Positions 29,893-39,720 of a DNA stretch of 64,000 nucleotides are shown piece after piece; within the stretch, counting starts at the first letter, position 1, and the number at the start of each line of letters is the position of its first letter. The notes under the pieces are model-generated. The model was not told the origin of the DNA, did not search any database, and saw only the letters and a program-made list of their open reading frames with translations. The position numbers were made by a program, and so were the translations under genes. This DNA is from an uncultured Synergistaceae bacterium (GTDB taxonomy: Bacteria > Synergistota > Synergistia > Synergistales > Synergistaceae): contig CAYZYF010000002.1 of NCBI GenBank assembly GCA_964482015.1, positions 26,639 through 90,638 on the forward strand, given 5' to 3'.

Positions 29893-29896
29893 CCCC

Positions 29897-31087
29897 ATGA
29901 GACTGAAAACTTTTTCGCCCGGCGATGTGGCAGGGAAAAAGGTTTTGGTCAGGGTCGATTTCAACGTTCCTCTCAACGAAGGCAGGGTCTCTGATTCTAC
30001 TAGGATCGAGGCCCACCTTCCGACCTTGAAGCAGCTCCGGGAAGCCGGGGCCAGGGTCGCTTTGCTCTCCCACCTCGGAAGGCCCAAGGGAGACAAGGAC
30101 CTCAAGTACTCGCTCAAGCCGGTGGGGGAGGAGCTGGCGCGGCTGACCGGATGGGAGGTGCGTTTTGTTCCGGACTGCATCGGCCAGCCGGTGGACGAGG
30201 CCGTCGACAGATGGACAGAACAATTGCTCATGCTTGAGAACGTGCGGTTCCACGCGGAGGAAGAAAAAAACGACGCCGCCTTTGCCGAGGCAATGGCAAA
30301 GAACTTCGATGCTTTTGTGATGGATGCCTTCAGCGCATCTCACAGGGCTCACGCCTCCACCAGGGCGCTGGCGGAGATACTTCCCTCCTATGCCGGTCCT
30401 TTGATCGTCCGCGAGACCGAGATGCTCGGAGCCGTGAGGGATAATCCCCGCAAGCCGTTCGTGCTTATCCTTGGCGGCGCCAAGGTGTCCGATAAGATAG
30501 GCGTGGTCGAGAACATGCTTAAAAAGGTAGATACTATTCTTATCGGCGGCGGCATGGCCTTCACCTTTTTTAAGGCACAGGGGCTCGAAATAGGAAAGTC
30601 TCTCTGCGAATCGGAGAAGGTCGAATTTGCCCGCTCCATGCTTGAGGAGGCGGAAAAGCTCGGAGTCAGGATCATCCTTCCCGGCGATGTGATCGCGGCG
30701 GACAGGTTTGATAAGGATTCTCCGTTCGTTATCGTGCCTTCTGACGAGATCCCCGAGGACAAAATGGGGCTCGACGTAGGTCCCGAGACGGTCAAAGAGT
30801 TTACCGACATCATTCTCGAATCTCGTACCGTACTCTGGAACGGCCCCATGGGCGTCTTCGAAATGCCCGCTTTCTCCAAAGGGACGGAGGCTATCGCCAA
30901 GGCTCTTGCGACGGCCACAGATAAAGGATCCCTTACTGTCGTCGGAGGAGGGGACTCGGCCGCAGCTGTGGCATTGTTCGGCTATCAGGAGCGAGTATCC
31001 CATGTTTCGACAGGCGGTGGGGCTAGCCTTGAGTTTTTTGAAGGCAAAAAACTGCCCGGGATCGAACCATACGAAATCTCTCTTTAA
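29897..31087 (+). CDS. pgk: Phosphoglycerate kinase
   Basis: RVDFNVP, SHLGRP, LENVRF, GGAKVSDKI, WNGPMG, STGGGA. Confidence 0.97.
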   Translation: MRLKTFSPGDVAGKKVLVRVDFNVPLNEGRVSDSTRIEAHLPTLKQLREAGARVALLSHLGRPKGDKDLKYSLKPVGEELARLTGWEVRFVPDCIGQPVDEAVDRWTEQLLMLENVRFHAEEEKNDAAFAEAMAKNFDAFVMDAFSASHRAHASTRALAEILPSYAGPLIVRETEMLGAVRDNPRKPFVLILGGAKVSDKIGVVENMLKKVDTILIGGGMAFTFFKAQGLEIGKSLCESEKVEFARSMLEEAEKLGVRIILPGDVIAADRFDKDSPFVIVPSDEIPEDKMGLDVGPETVKEFTDIILESRTVLWNGPMGVFEMPAFSKGTEAIAKALATATDKGSLTVVGGGDSAAAVALFGYQERVSHVSTGGGASLEFFEGKKLPGIEPYEISL

Positions 31088-31090
31088 AAC

Positions 31091-31131
31091 AAAAAGCGGC
31101 TTCCGGGGCAACTGCCGGCGAGCCGCTTTTT
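31091..31131. terminator. Intrinsic terminator-like hairpin between pgk and tpiA
   Basis: AAAAAGCGGCT...AGCCGCTTTTT arms around a GC-rich inner stem. Confidence 0.7.
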
Positions 31132-31156
31132 GAAAACTTCAAGGAGGATAAGAAAT

Positions 31157-31945
31157 ATGCGCAGAAGATTCATTGCGGGTAACTGGAAGATGTTCAACGG
31201 GCCCTCTGATACCGAGAAATTCATGGGTGAATTTGGCCCCTCGCTGCTCTCGTCGGAAGAAGTCATCTCCGACATAAAAACCAAAAAAATGGAAGTAGCC
31301 TTTTTCGTGCCCTTTGTCTCCATAGGAGCTGCGGCTAAGCATAAGGAAAAATTGCCGGTGATCGTAGGGGCCCAAAACCTCCATTGGGAGAAGAACGGGG
31401 CCTTCACAGGCGAGATATCGGCGCCGATGCTTGCCGAGGTCGGCTGTACCCACGTTCTGATAGGGCACAGCGAAAGAAGACATATCTTTAGAGAAACAAG
31501 TGAAGAACTTCACAAAAAGGTACTTGCCGCGCTTGACGAGGGTCTGACCCCGGTTTTCTGTGTCGGCGAACTGCTTGAAGACCGCGAAGCGGAAAAGACG
31601 TTCGATGTCATCAGAAACCAGCTCTTAAGCGGGCTCAGGTCTATGGACGGCGACGTTGTTGCCAAGAACATTATAATAGCATATGAACCAGTATGGGCCA
31701 TAGGGACCGGAAAGACGGCCGGCCCGGAAGACGCTCAGGAGGTCTGTGCCTTTATAAGGAAGCTTTTGGCTGATACCTTCGGTGAAGGAGTCGCCATCCA
31801 AACCCCGATCCTATACGGAGGCAGCGTGAAACCTGAGAACACCGAGGGGATCCTTTCGATGGACGACATTGACGGCGTTCTTGTAGGAGGAGCTTCGCTG
31901 AAGCCTGAGAGCTTCATGGGCATCATCAAAGCCGCGGTGAGATAA
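31157..31945 (+). CDS. tpiA: Triosephosphate isomerase
   Basis: IAGNWKM, GAFTGE, GHSERR, AYEPVWAIGTG, YGGSVK, LVGGASL. Confidence 0.97.
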   Translation: MRRRFIAGNWKMFNGPSDTEKFMGEFGPSLLSSEEVISDIKTKKMEVAFFVPFVSIGAAAKHKEKLPVIVGAQNLHWEKNGAFTGEISAPMLAEVGCTHVLIGHSERRHIFRETSEELHKKVLAALDEGLTPVFCVGELLEDREAEKTFDVIRNQLLSGLRSMDGDVVAKNIIIAYEPVWAIGTGKTAGPEDAQEVCAFIRKLLADTFGEGVAIQTPILYGGSVKPENTEGILSMDDIDGVLVGGASLKPESFMGIIKAAVR

Positions 31946-31973
31946 AAATCACCCATATGGCGCTCTGCAGACA

Positions 31974-32004
31974 AGGCCTCTTTGGATTTTGTCCAAAGAG
32001 GCCT
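31974..32004. terminator. Hairpin between convergent tpiA and HIT genes
   Basis: Perfect 13-bp stem AGGCCTCTTTGGA / TCCAAAGAGGCCT. Confidence 0.7.
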
Positions 32005-32094
32005 CTGTTCTGAAGTCATTTATAAAATATGGCCTTGAGTCACATAAGAATAATTATAGGACATCATAAAATTATATTTTATGAAATGGTATTT

Positions 32095-32472
32095 TTATCT
32101 CCTGTATTCCATCTCTTCCGGAATGACTCCCCTGACTCCCACATTGGCTCCGGAAGTGTCGCCTGAACGTCTCGGTATCAGGTGAACGTGGACGTGCATG
32201 ACAGACTGTCCTGCGGTGCTGCCGCAGTTGACTCCGATATTGTATCCGTCGGGCGCGTATTTTTCGTCGAGCATGGGCTTTGCCTCGTCGATCAGGTCGA
32301 AGAGCGCCTCACGTTCTTTTTTTGTCAGGTCAAAAAAATTTTCGACGTGCCTTTTGGTGATTAAAAGCATGTGTCCCTCGCTTACGGGCATCTTGTCGAA
32401 GATCGCATAGGCAAGTTCGTTTTCAAGAACATAGTCTTTGATCATGCAGAAGATACAGCTCTTGCCTCTCAT
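32095..32472 (-). CDS. HIT-family nucleotide hydrolase
   Basis: CIFC, GYNIGVN, AGQSVMHVHVHLIPR. Confidence 0.92.
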   Translation of the reverse strand: MRGKSCIFCMIKDYVLENELAYAIFDKMPVSEGHMLLITKRHVENFFDLTKKEREALFDLIDEAKPMLDEKYAPDGYNIGVNCGSTAGQSVMHVHVHLIPRRSGDTSGANVGVRGVIPEEMEYRR

Positions 32473-32482
32473 TCTTTATGCC

Positions 32483-32854
32483 TCAGGCGTCAGGATCAGT
32501 GAATTTGATAGCAGGTGCGTCTCCCCAGAGCGAATCGAGCCTGTAATAGTCCCTGCCCTCTTTGCTGAGGATATTGACCACAAGGTGGCCGGCGTCCATG
32601 AGGCACCAGCGGCTGCTCGTCTCGCCCTCAACCTTATGAGGGAGCTTCATTTCGTCGAGCTTTTCACTCGCCGTATCCCGCAGTGTCCTGGCATGGAGGT
32701 CGGAACGCGCTATCGCGACTATGAAAGCCTCCGTAAAGCCTGAGACCTCACTCAGGTCGTGGACCGTAACTTCCAGCGCGTGCTTTTCCCTTAGCGCCTC
32801 GACAAGCGGTTTGTAAGGTTCATAGAACGTCTCCATAGGTTTTGAGCCTGCCAT
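32483..32854 (-). CDS. rsfS: Ribosome silencing factor
   Basis: WCLMDAG..VVNIL..R.YYRLDSLW. Confidence 0.9.
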   Translation of the reverse strand: MAGSKPMETFYEPYKPLVEALREKHALEVTVHDLSEVSGFTEAFIVAIARSDLHARTLRDTASEKLDEMKLPHKVEGETSSRWCLMDAGHLVVNILSKEGRDYYRLDSLWGDAPAIKFTDPDA

Positions 32855-32908
32855 AAAATCCTTCGCCTCCCTCTAAATTCTATATATCTGTGATATGTCA
32901 GTGATCTT

Positions 32909-34336
32909 TTATTTTGAGCTTATCTCGACCAGCTTATCTATCCGGCTGATGAGGCTTTGGCTGTCGTGCCCTATGATCAGCGATGCATAAAAAGCCTGGT
33001 TATTGGTTCTGATAAGACTGCCTGGTATTCCTAAAAGTTTTCCCAGCTTCTTTGCGGTATCGACTACCTTCGGCTGTGCATTTGCCGGATAGACCACATT
33101 ACTGGATCTGTAATCGAAATGCTTGGCGTTTGCTGTCATAACGACATCCACTCCGATCTTTTGGAGTTTTGTCGCGACCTCCGAGCTAAGTCCCGCCTTC
33201 CCCGTGCCATTAAGAACGGCGACCGATTCGGGCATTGACCTGATAAGGCTGATGAGCTCTTCGTCGGAGATGGTCTCTTCACTCTTTGTTTTAGCTGGTG
33301 CTTCTGCCGGTGAATTCACCGCCGCTTCTCCGTTTGGCCTCTTTGTCTCTTCAGCTGCCGATGAGTATGTCAGCGAAAGTCCGGCGAAGCTGTTGGTGTT
33401 GTTATTTTCTCTGATATCACCAGAAAGCAGGGCTTCAACGGGTGCGTTGAGGAAGTCGTTCGCAGCTTTGGTATCCCCTATCCAGTAGCTAAGATTATTG
33501 ACCGTGGCCGCCTGTCCATGCAGCGTGGAGAAAAAGATCCTCTCGCGTCCAAGCTCGTTTTGGGCAAAGCCGGCAAGCTGTATGGCAAGGGCCGGAGACA
33601 TGTCGGTCTTGAAAAGCTTTACCATCTGTGCGGTCAGCTCAGGGACCTTAACTATGACCCTGGGATCGTATGCTTTTTTCAGGAGCGCCTTTATGAACTT
33701 TTGCTGCCTCTGTACCCTGCCAATGTCACCGAGGGCGTCCATCCTGAAACGGACATAATGAAGGGCAGTTTTACCATCCATTGTTTGTAGTCCAGGCTGG
33801 ATGTTTATGTTCAGTTTTCCTGCCCTGTCCACGTATTTCATCCTTTTTTCGACGTCTATCTCTACCCCGCCCAGTATGTCCACCACCGCAGGAAAACTGT
33901 CATAATCTATAACGACGTAATAAAGTATAGGCTGGTTCAAATACTTTTCAACCGTGGCTTTTAAGAGGTCGGGCCCGCCGTAGGCGAAGGCGTGGTTGAG
34001 CTTCTGGACTCCGTGACCCATTATCTGGACTCTGGTGTCCCTGGGCATTGAGAGTATCCTCATGTTTTTGTCATCTATGTCGATAGTCACGAAGAGTATC
34101 GTGTCGGAGCGCCGAGACCCCTCCACGTCGTCCTCCCCCATCACCAGGATGTTGAACCTTCCCTGTTCCTTTAAAGCGGCATATTGGGCGCTGCCGCTGT
34201 CCAATGAACTCTGGATGGCGGTCAGTATGTCCTGAGATTTAGAGTGCAGGATAGAGTAAACCTTGAGGCCGGCTCCCGCCGTTATGCCCAGGATAGCCAG
34301 CGCGGCCACAATTATTATGGTTTTATATCGTTTCAA
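32909..34336 (-). CDS. LCP (LytR-CpsA-Psr) family protein with LytR_C domain
   Basis: N-terminal TM; RSDT, SMPRDT, KLNHAF, YVRFR, DIGRVQRQQ; C-terminal VLNGTG..GL. Confidence 0.9.
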   Translation of the reverse strand: MKRYKTIIIVAALAILGITAGAGLKVYSILHSKSQDILTAIQSSLDSGSAQYAALKEQGRFNILVMGEDDVEGSRRSDTILFVTIDIDDKNMRILSMPRDTRVQIMGHGVQKLNHAFAYGGPDLLKATVEKYLNQPILYYVVIDYDSFPAVVDILGGVEIDVEKRMKYVDRAGKLNINIQPGLQTMDGKTALHYVRFRMDALGDIGRVQRQQKFIKALLKKAYDPRVIVKVPELTAQMVKLFKTDMSPALAIQLAGFAQNELGRERIFFSTLHGQAATVNNLSYWIGDTKAANDFLNAPVEALLSGDIRENNNTNSFAGLSLTYSSAAEETKRPNGEAAVNSPAEAPAKTKSEETISDEELISLIRSMPESVAVLNGTGKAGLSSEVATKLQKIGVDVVMTANAKHFDYRSSNVVYPANAQPKVVDTAKKLGKLLGIPGSLIRTNNQAFYASLIIGHDSQSLISRIDKLVEISSK

Positions 34337-34359
34337 AGGCGTTACCTCCGAAGAAAGGG

Positions 34360-34983
34360 TCAGGTCGCCCTATAGAGCGATCTTTTGTGGATGTAGTGCT
34401 CGACTGAGGGCGGGACCAGGAACCTGATGCTCCTGTCGATTTTTACCCTCTCTCTCAATCCGGTACTGGAGATCGCCAGATGTGGGATCTCCAGCGATAT
34501 TATCGCTGATCTCAGGTCTTCGGGCAGTTCTTCCATCCTCTTGTGAGTATATCCATACCTGCTTACAGCTACAAATTTGCAGAGCCCCATGATCTCCGAA
34601 GGGGTTTTCCAAGAGACGATGTCCATCACGGCATCAAGCCCCGTAATAAAGTAAAACTCGGCATCGGAGTATTTGGGGATCTCACGAAGAGATCTGAGCG
34701 TATCGATGGTGTAACTGTTGCCCGGTTTGTCGATCTCTATTCTGGAGACAGAGAAATAGGGGCAGTCGACCGTTGCGAGCAGGGTCATCATGTATCTGTC
34801 CTCCGACGAGGATACCCTCTCCCCCGCCTTATGCGGGGGCACTCCCGTCGGGACGAATATTACCTCGGCAAGGCCAAATGCCGCGTGGGCTTCATCCGCT
34901 GCCCTCAAGTGGCCGTAGTGGATCGGGTCGAATGTTCCCCCCATGATTCCAATCCTTCTTTTTTCTTCGTTTGCCATCTTCAT
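34360..34983 (-). CDS. nadD: Nicotinate-nucleotide adenylyltransferase
   Basis: GGTFDPIHYGH, PPHK, SYTIDTL, ISST. Confidence 0.96.
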   Translation of the reverse strand: MKMANEEKRRIGIMGGTFDPIHYGHLRAADEAHAAFGLAEVIFVPTGVPPHKAGERVSSSEDRYMMTLLATVDCPYFSVSRIEIDKPGNSYTIDTLRSLREIPKYSDAEFYFITGLDAVMDIVSWKTPSEIMGLCKFVAVSRYGYTHKRMEELPEDLRSAIISLEIPHLAISSTGLRERVKIDRSIRFLVPPSVEHYIHKRSLYRAT

Positions 34984-34989
34984 GCCTCT

Positions 34990-36354
34990 TTACGTCTGTG
35001 TTTTTTCTTCCTCAGGTCCCTCTTCCGTCTCCGGCTCTTCGTCGGTATCCGAGGGATAGTAATCGGGGTAAAAAATAAAGTCCTTGTATCCTATGGTGAC
35101 CTGGTCGCCCTCTTGGGCTCCCGCGGCTTCAAGCAGGTCTTCGACCTTGTACTTTCTCATAAGTCTGGTGAATCTGGCCACGTTTTCGTCCTGGCTGAAG
35201 TCGCAGCGCTCCGCCGCTTTTTCGAGGCGTCCGTGCAGGATCCTGTAACCGCCCCCGTGCAATGATACTATCTGCACCACGTTCCTCTTTGCGGACGGCA
35301 GAGGCTCTTCATCCCTGCTCTCTAAGGCGTAGAGCCTGACTTCGCTCTTAGGTCTCGGATTCTTCTCGGCAAATTCGGCAATCAGTCTGACCAGGTCAGG
35401 TATTCCCTCCTCTGTCAGGGCGCTTACGGCACAAAATGCGATGCCTTCGGAGGTGAAATGCTTTGCCAGTTTTCCTACCGTACCGGGATCCGGAGAGAGG
35501 TCGAGCTTATTGGCTGCTACGGCATAGGGTCTCTCATTCAGCCCCGGGTCGTAGGATCTCATTTCATTCCTGACTGTCCTCAACTCTTCTATCAGAAGCT
35601 CCGGGTCGTTGTTCTCAAGGCTTAGGACGTGGATCAGAAGCCTCGTGCGGGCAATGTGCCGCAGGAACTGTATGCCCAGCCCCTTGTTTATGTGCGCCCC
35701 CTCTATAAGACCCGGGATATCAGCCAGGACGATCCGTTCGTAGCCTACGGTCAGGACGCCCAAGTTTGGAGATAGGGTCGTGAAGGGATAGTTTGCTATT
35801 TTGGGCTGCGCATTCGATATAGCGGCAAGGATGCTTGATTTACCGACATTAGGCATGCCTACAAGTCCTATGTCCGCTATCAATCTTAATTCGAGCCTCA
35901 GTTCTGCCTCTTCTCCGAGATCACCGTTTTCACAGAATCTGGGGGCTTTTCTCATCGCATTGGCAAAATAACGGTTGCCCCTGCCGCCCCTCCCGCCCCT
36001 TGCGGCGAGAAAGCGGTCTCCCGGCTCGACAAGATCGGCCAGTCCCTCGTCAGTCTGCGCGTCATAGATTATCGTACCGCACGGCACCAATATAAGTGTA
36101 TCCTCGCCCATAGCTCCATTGCGGGAGCTGCCCTTGCCATGGATCCCGTTTTTTCCCTTTATGTTTCTCTGATATGCGAGGTCGGCCAGAGTCTGCAAGT
36201 TGTTTGAAGCTTCGAAAATTATGTTTCCGCCTCTGCCGCCGTTGCCTCCGTCAGGACCGCCGAACGGCCTGAATCTCTCACGGAGGAAACTCATGCAGCC
36301 GTTTCCGCCCTTCCCCGCTTTTACAGAGAGACGAACAGAATCAATAAATTTCAT
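34990..36354 (-). CDS. obg: GTPase ObgE with C-terminal DUF1967
   Basis: GGPDGGNGG, GMPNVGKS, YPFTT, DIPG, NKLD. Confidence 0.97.
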   Translation of the reverse strand: MKFIDSVRLSVKAGKGGNGCMSFLRERFRPFGGPDGGNGGRGGNIIFEASNNLQTLADLAYQRNIKGKNGIHGKGSSRNGAMGEDTLILVPCGTIIYDAQTDEGLADLVEPGDRFLAARGGRGGRGNRYFANAMRKAPRFCENGDLGEEAELRLELRLIADIGLVGMPNVGKSSILAAISNAQPKIANYPFTTLSPNLGVLTVGYERIVLADIPGLIEGAHINKGLGIQFLRHIARTRLLIHVLSLENNDPELLIEELRTVRNEMRSYDPGLNERPYAVAANKLDLSPDPGTVGKLAKHFTSEGIAFCAVSALTEEGIPDLVRLIAEFAEKNPRPKSEVRLYALESRDEEPLPSAKRNVVQIVSLHGGGYRILHGRLEKAAERCDFSQDENVARFTRLMRKYKVEDLLEAAGAQEGDQVTIGYKDFIFYPDYYPSDTDEEPETEEGPEEEKTQT

Positions 36355-36382
36355 CCTCTTTATCCCATCCCTAAGATACTAC

Positions 36383-36409
36383 AAAAGGGGGCCTGAAACA
36401 AAGGCCCCC
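36383..36409 (-). terminator. Intrinsic terminator after rpmA
   Basis: Minus strand GGGGGCCT-ttgtttc-AGGCCCCC-TTTT. Confidence 0.75.
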
Positions 36410-36433
36410 GGTTCTTTTCCGAATTTTGGACGG

Positions 36434-36691
36434 TTAAACGACTTCCGGTTCGATCGCTACGAATTTGCGGTTTGCCTTCGTAAGAAAGCGCACCTTCCCG
36501 GAGACCAGCGCGAAAAGCGTGTAATCGCGTCCGAGTCCGACGTTGTTTCCCGGGTGGAACTTTGTGCCGCGCTGCCGTACTATGATCGTTCCGGCATTTA
36601 CAGACTGGCCGTCGCTGCGCTTGACGCCGAGATATTTCGGCTGGCTGTCCCGTCCGTTGGTGCTGCTGCCCTGTCCTTTTTTATGTGCCAT
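36434..36691 (-). CDS. rpmA: 50S ribosomal protein L27
   Basis: [24 protein letters not shown]. Confidence 0.98.
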   Translation of the reverse strand: MAHKKGQGSSTNGRDSQPKYLGVKRSDGQSVNAGTIIVRQRGTKFHPGNNVGLGRDYTLFALVSGKVRFLTKANRKFVAIEPEVV

Positions 36692-36724
36692 TTGTATTGC
36701 CCTCCCAACTAAAAAGACGTAACT

Positions 36725-37036
36725 CTAAGCGTTTATACCGTCGATCTCGACCAGTGTGTACTGCTGACGGTGCCCGCGTAATTTACGATAATTCTTCTTC
36801 CTGCGATACCTTAAGACGAGGATCTTATCCTCTTTGCCGTGCTCGATGACCTTTCCCGTGACGGCGGCTCCGCCGACATAGGGAGTGCCTATTACCGGTC
36901 CGTCGTCCTTGCCGAGAAGGATTACCTTGTCGAACGTCACCTGTTCCCCTGCCTCGGCGCCTATTTTTTCAAGGCGAAGCTTGTCCCCTGCCGCGACTCT
37001 GTATTGCTTGCCGCCTGTTTCGATCACTGCGTACAT
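36725..37036 (-). CDS. rplU: 50S ribosomal protein L21
   Basis: MYAVIETGGKQYRV, GHRQ. Confidence 0.98.
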   Translation of the reverse strand: MYAVIETGGKQYRVAAGDKLRLEKIGAEAGEQVTFDKVILLGKDDGPVIGTPYVGGAAVTGKVIEHGKEDKILVLRYRRKKNYRKLRGHRQQYTLVEIDGINA

Positions 37037-37110
37037 TGCTTTTCCTCCCTCCGCTGCGTGTCAGGCAGCCATAAGGCTTTTAAAGGCCTGCACCAAGCGT
37101 CTTCTACAAC
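37037..37110 (-). ncRNA. Structured 5' leader of rplU (L21-leader-like)
   Basis: Minus strand CGCT..GTG-CAGGC...GCCTG-A-CAC..AGCG long stem directly before the GGAGG SD. Confidence 0.55.
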
Positions 37111-37116
37111 CTGTGC

Positions 37117-37145
37117 ATTATAAAGAAAAATACGGGTTTAGTCAA
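37117..37145 (-). promoter_or_regulatory. sigma70-type promoter of rplU-rpmA
   Basis: TTGACT-17 nt-TATAAT on the minus strand. Confidence 0.85.
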
Positions 37146-37164
37146 CAAGGGCGTTAGCGCCCCT

Positions 37165-38826
37165 TTATTCGCCGCCGTCCGCCAAAAGCGACCTTGCGTG
37201 CTCAAGGGCTTCCCGGGAATCTTCGTCCCCGGCAAGCATCCTCGCTATCTCTTTTTCTCTCTCTCCGCCCGAGACTTCCTGTATGTATGTCTCGTCACCC
37301 TCTCTTTTGACCAGAAAATGCTGGTCCGCCATGGAGGCTATCACAGCTTCATGGGTGATCAGGAGAGTCCTGCAGCGCCTCGAGAGCTCTTTGAGCTTGT
37401 AGCCGGCAAGTAGCGCAGTCCTGCCTCCCAGCCCCGCCTCGACCTCGTCGAAAACAAGGGTGCCGGGAAGCTTTTCATCACCGAGCGAAAGCTGAAGGGC
37501 AATCAATATCCTGCTCAGTTCGCCGCCTGAGGCGTTCCTTCCGACTGGAAGAGGAGGCTGATCCGGCTGCGAAAGCATGAACGTCACTGCTTCGGCGCCA
37601 TTTACGCGAAGTTTTTCAAGGTCTTCGACCTCTATCGAGAAAAGGACGTTCTCCATAGCAAGGTCAGCGAGGTGGCAGTTGACCCTCAAAGCAAGCTCTT
37701 TGGCTGCCTCTCTTCTCATTCTGCGCAGCTCAAGGGCGAGGCTCTTAGTCTCTTTTCTCTTTGCTGCAGCCGCTTTTTCCAGTTCTTCCAGCTCTGTGCG
37801 GCTCTCTAAAAGCCATTTCATACCTGACTCGGCTCTTTCGGCGTATTCGATAAGCTCTTTGCAGCTGTGAAGGTCATGTGTCCGCCTGAGCTTTCTTGAT
37901 GAGCCTATTTTTTTTTCAAGACGTTCTTTCGTGCTTTCCGCATTTTCGTCCGAGGGAAAAGTCGTAAGTTCATCTTTAAGAAGCTTCGATAAGGATTGCA
38001 AACTCAAGAGGGCTTCTTCAACGGTCCTTTTCCACTGCTTGTCCCTATCGGCGAAAATCTCATATATATCATGCGCGACGGCTTCAAGTTCTCCTGAGAG
38101 TCCGCCGCCTGCAGCTCCTCCCGTCAGCCTTTCGAAGACGGCGCTGAGACTTTCTCTGATGATCTCTTTTGATTCAAGATCTCTGATCTCCTTCTCCCAT
38201 ATATCTTCGCTGTCTTCTCTGATTTCCAGAGCTCGGACCTTCAGCAGGGTCTCCTCCGCCCCTTGGCAAAAGGTCTCTGTCTCTTCGCGCCTTTTTTTAA
38301 GGTCGATTATCTCGCGCTCCGCTGAGAGCGTCTCATTGAAGACCTTTTCAAGGTTCACCTTGATCCTTTCAAGCGGCGCCCCTCCGCATGAATCGACCAG
38401 GTCGAGCTGTTTTGCCGGATCAAGCAGGCTGAGCTGAGCGAACTGGCTCTGTATGACCAGCCTGTTCTCCATTGCGGATGAGAGGGCGTTCAGCGGCAAA
38501 GGGATGTTTTGCAAGGAGCATCTGCCCCTTCCGTTTCTGGAGAAAGTTCTCCTGACAACGAGGGTACCCTCCTGGGGCCTGTATTCATCCGGCAGCTCCC
38601 TCGCCTCGTCTGCGGCGAGGGTAACAGCTACGTCGGCGGATTCTTCAAGAACATGTATCAAGCCGCTGTGGGCACGTTTTCCGGCAATAAACTCCATCGC
38701 GCGCACGAGGCTGCTTTTGCCCGACCCGCTCTCGCCCGTTATCACTATAAATGCGCCGTCAAGGGATAGGCTTGCCTCCCTGATACCCCCCACTCCAAGG
38801 ACATGTATATCCTCGAGCAATATCAA
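37165..38826 (-). CDS. recN: DNA repair protein RecN
   Basis: TGESGSGKS, coiled coil, ASGGELSR, VFDEVEAG, ITH, EIARML. Confidence 0.92.
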   Translation of the reverse strand: MILLEDIHVLGVGGIREASLSLDGAFIVITGESGSGKSSLVRAMEFIAGKRAHSGLIHVLEESADVAVTLAADEARELPDEYRPQEGTLVVRRTFSRNGRGRCSLQNIPLPLNALSSAMENRLVIQSQFAQLSLLDPAKQLDLVDSCGGAPLERIKVNLEKVFNETLSAEREIIDLKKRREETETFCQGAEETLLKVRALEIREDSEDIWEKEIRDLESKEIIRESLSAVFERLTGGAAGGGLSGELEAVAHDIYEIFADRDKQWKRTVEEALLSLQSLSKLLKDELTTFPSDENAESTKERLEKKIGSSRKLRRTHDLHSCKELIEYAERAESGMKWLLESRTELEELEKAAAAKRKETKSLALELRRMRREAAKELALRVNCHLADLAMENVLFSIEVEDLEKLRVNGAEAVTFMLSQPDQPPLPVGRNASGGELSRILIALQLSLGDEKLPGTLVFDEVEAGLGGRTALLAGYKLKELSRRCRTLLITHEAVIASMADQHFLVKREGDETYIQEVSGGEREKEIARMLAGDEDSREALEHARSLLADGGE

Positions 38827-39704
38827 TCCCCTCCGTCTGTGATGCCGTTGAACCCCCAGCGGAGCTTTTCCCTTAAGAGATCGTAGTAGCTCCTGTCTTT
38901 GAGGCGGATTATGTTTACGTGCATTTCGGGGGCGAGCGAAGCCTCAAGGTAGTCCCCCGGCAGGAGTTCGTAGAAAAGCTGTCCGTCCTGGGTAAGGATC
39001 AGATTCCTGTTGTCACCCTTCGGGGTGACATATGCCTTGTCCGTACCGCTTAGTACCACCGGCCGGGCATAGAGTGTATGGGCGCAGATCGGCGCTAAAA
39101 GCATGCACCTCACATGAGGCGGTACTATAGGACCGCCCGCCGAGAGGGCGTATGCCGTAGATCCGGTCGGAGTCGAAAGGATGAGCCCATCGGCGAGGAA
39201 GAGGGATAATATCTCGTCATCCACCCTGACCTCCAGGTCGATGACCCGCGCAAGGTTGCCCTTTGAAATTACGAGATCGTTTAGGGCGTGCAGCTCATAG
39301 ACGACCCTGTCGCCCCTCCATACGAGGCCCTTTATGAGATCCCTTTGCTGGACGGTATAATTTCCGGCGAGGATCGACGAGATGTCTTCCTTCGCGCATT
39401 CGGGATCGCCGGTGGCCAGAAAGCCGAGCCTACCGAGGTTTATGCCGTAAAGCGGGATCGGATGGCCGAAAGTGTACCTTGCAGCGCGGAGAAATGTTCC
39501 GTCTCCTCCTAGAATAACGGCAAATTCGACCTCCGAGCGCCACATATCGTCGGGCACCTCGGGAAGGCTCAGCGCCGACGCCTCATGAGGCGGGAGCATA
39601 AAATTTATCCCCGTCTCCCTCCCCCATGCACAAAGCTTGGCTGCCAGGCTTATTGCTTCAGGTTTTTGTGTGTTGAAAAGAAGCCCTACGCTGTTAGACC
39701 CCAT
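38823..39704 (-). CDS. nadK: NAD kinase
   Basis: GGDGTFL, GINLGRLGFL, ALND, DGL..STPTGSTAY. Confidence 0.96.
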   Translation of the reverse strand: MGSNSVGLLFNTQKPEAISLAAKLCAWGRETGINFMLPPHEASALSLPEVPDDMWRSEVEFAVILGGDGTFLRAARYTFGHPIPLYGINLGRLGFLATGDPECAKEDISSILAGNYTVQQRDLIKGLVWRGDRVVYELHALNDLVISKGNLARVIDLEVRVDDEILSLFLADGLILSTPTGSTAYALSAGGPIVPPHVRCMLLAPICAHTLYARPVVLSGTDKAYVTPKGDNRNLILTQDGQLFYELLPGDYLEASLAPEMHVNIIRLKDRSYYDLLREKLRWGFNGITDGGD

Positions 39705-39720
39705 GACGTTTCCCCTGCCT

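Noticed and set aside
29852-31111. 419-aa antisense ORF opposite pgk (also 10442-11314, 15011-15814, 59541-60368 and similar)
   Set aside because: Shadow ORFs expected from the codon bias of conserved GC-rich genes; no recognisable motifs or RBS.
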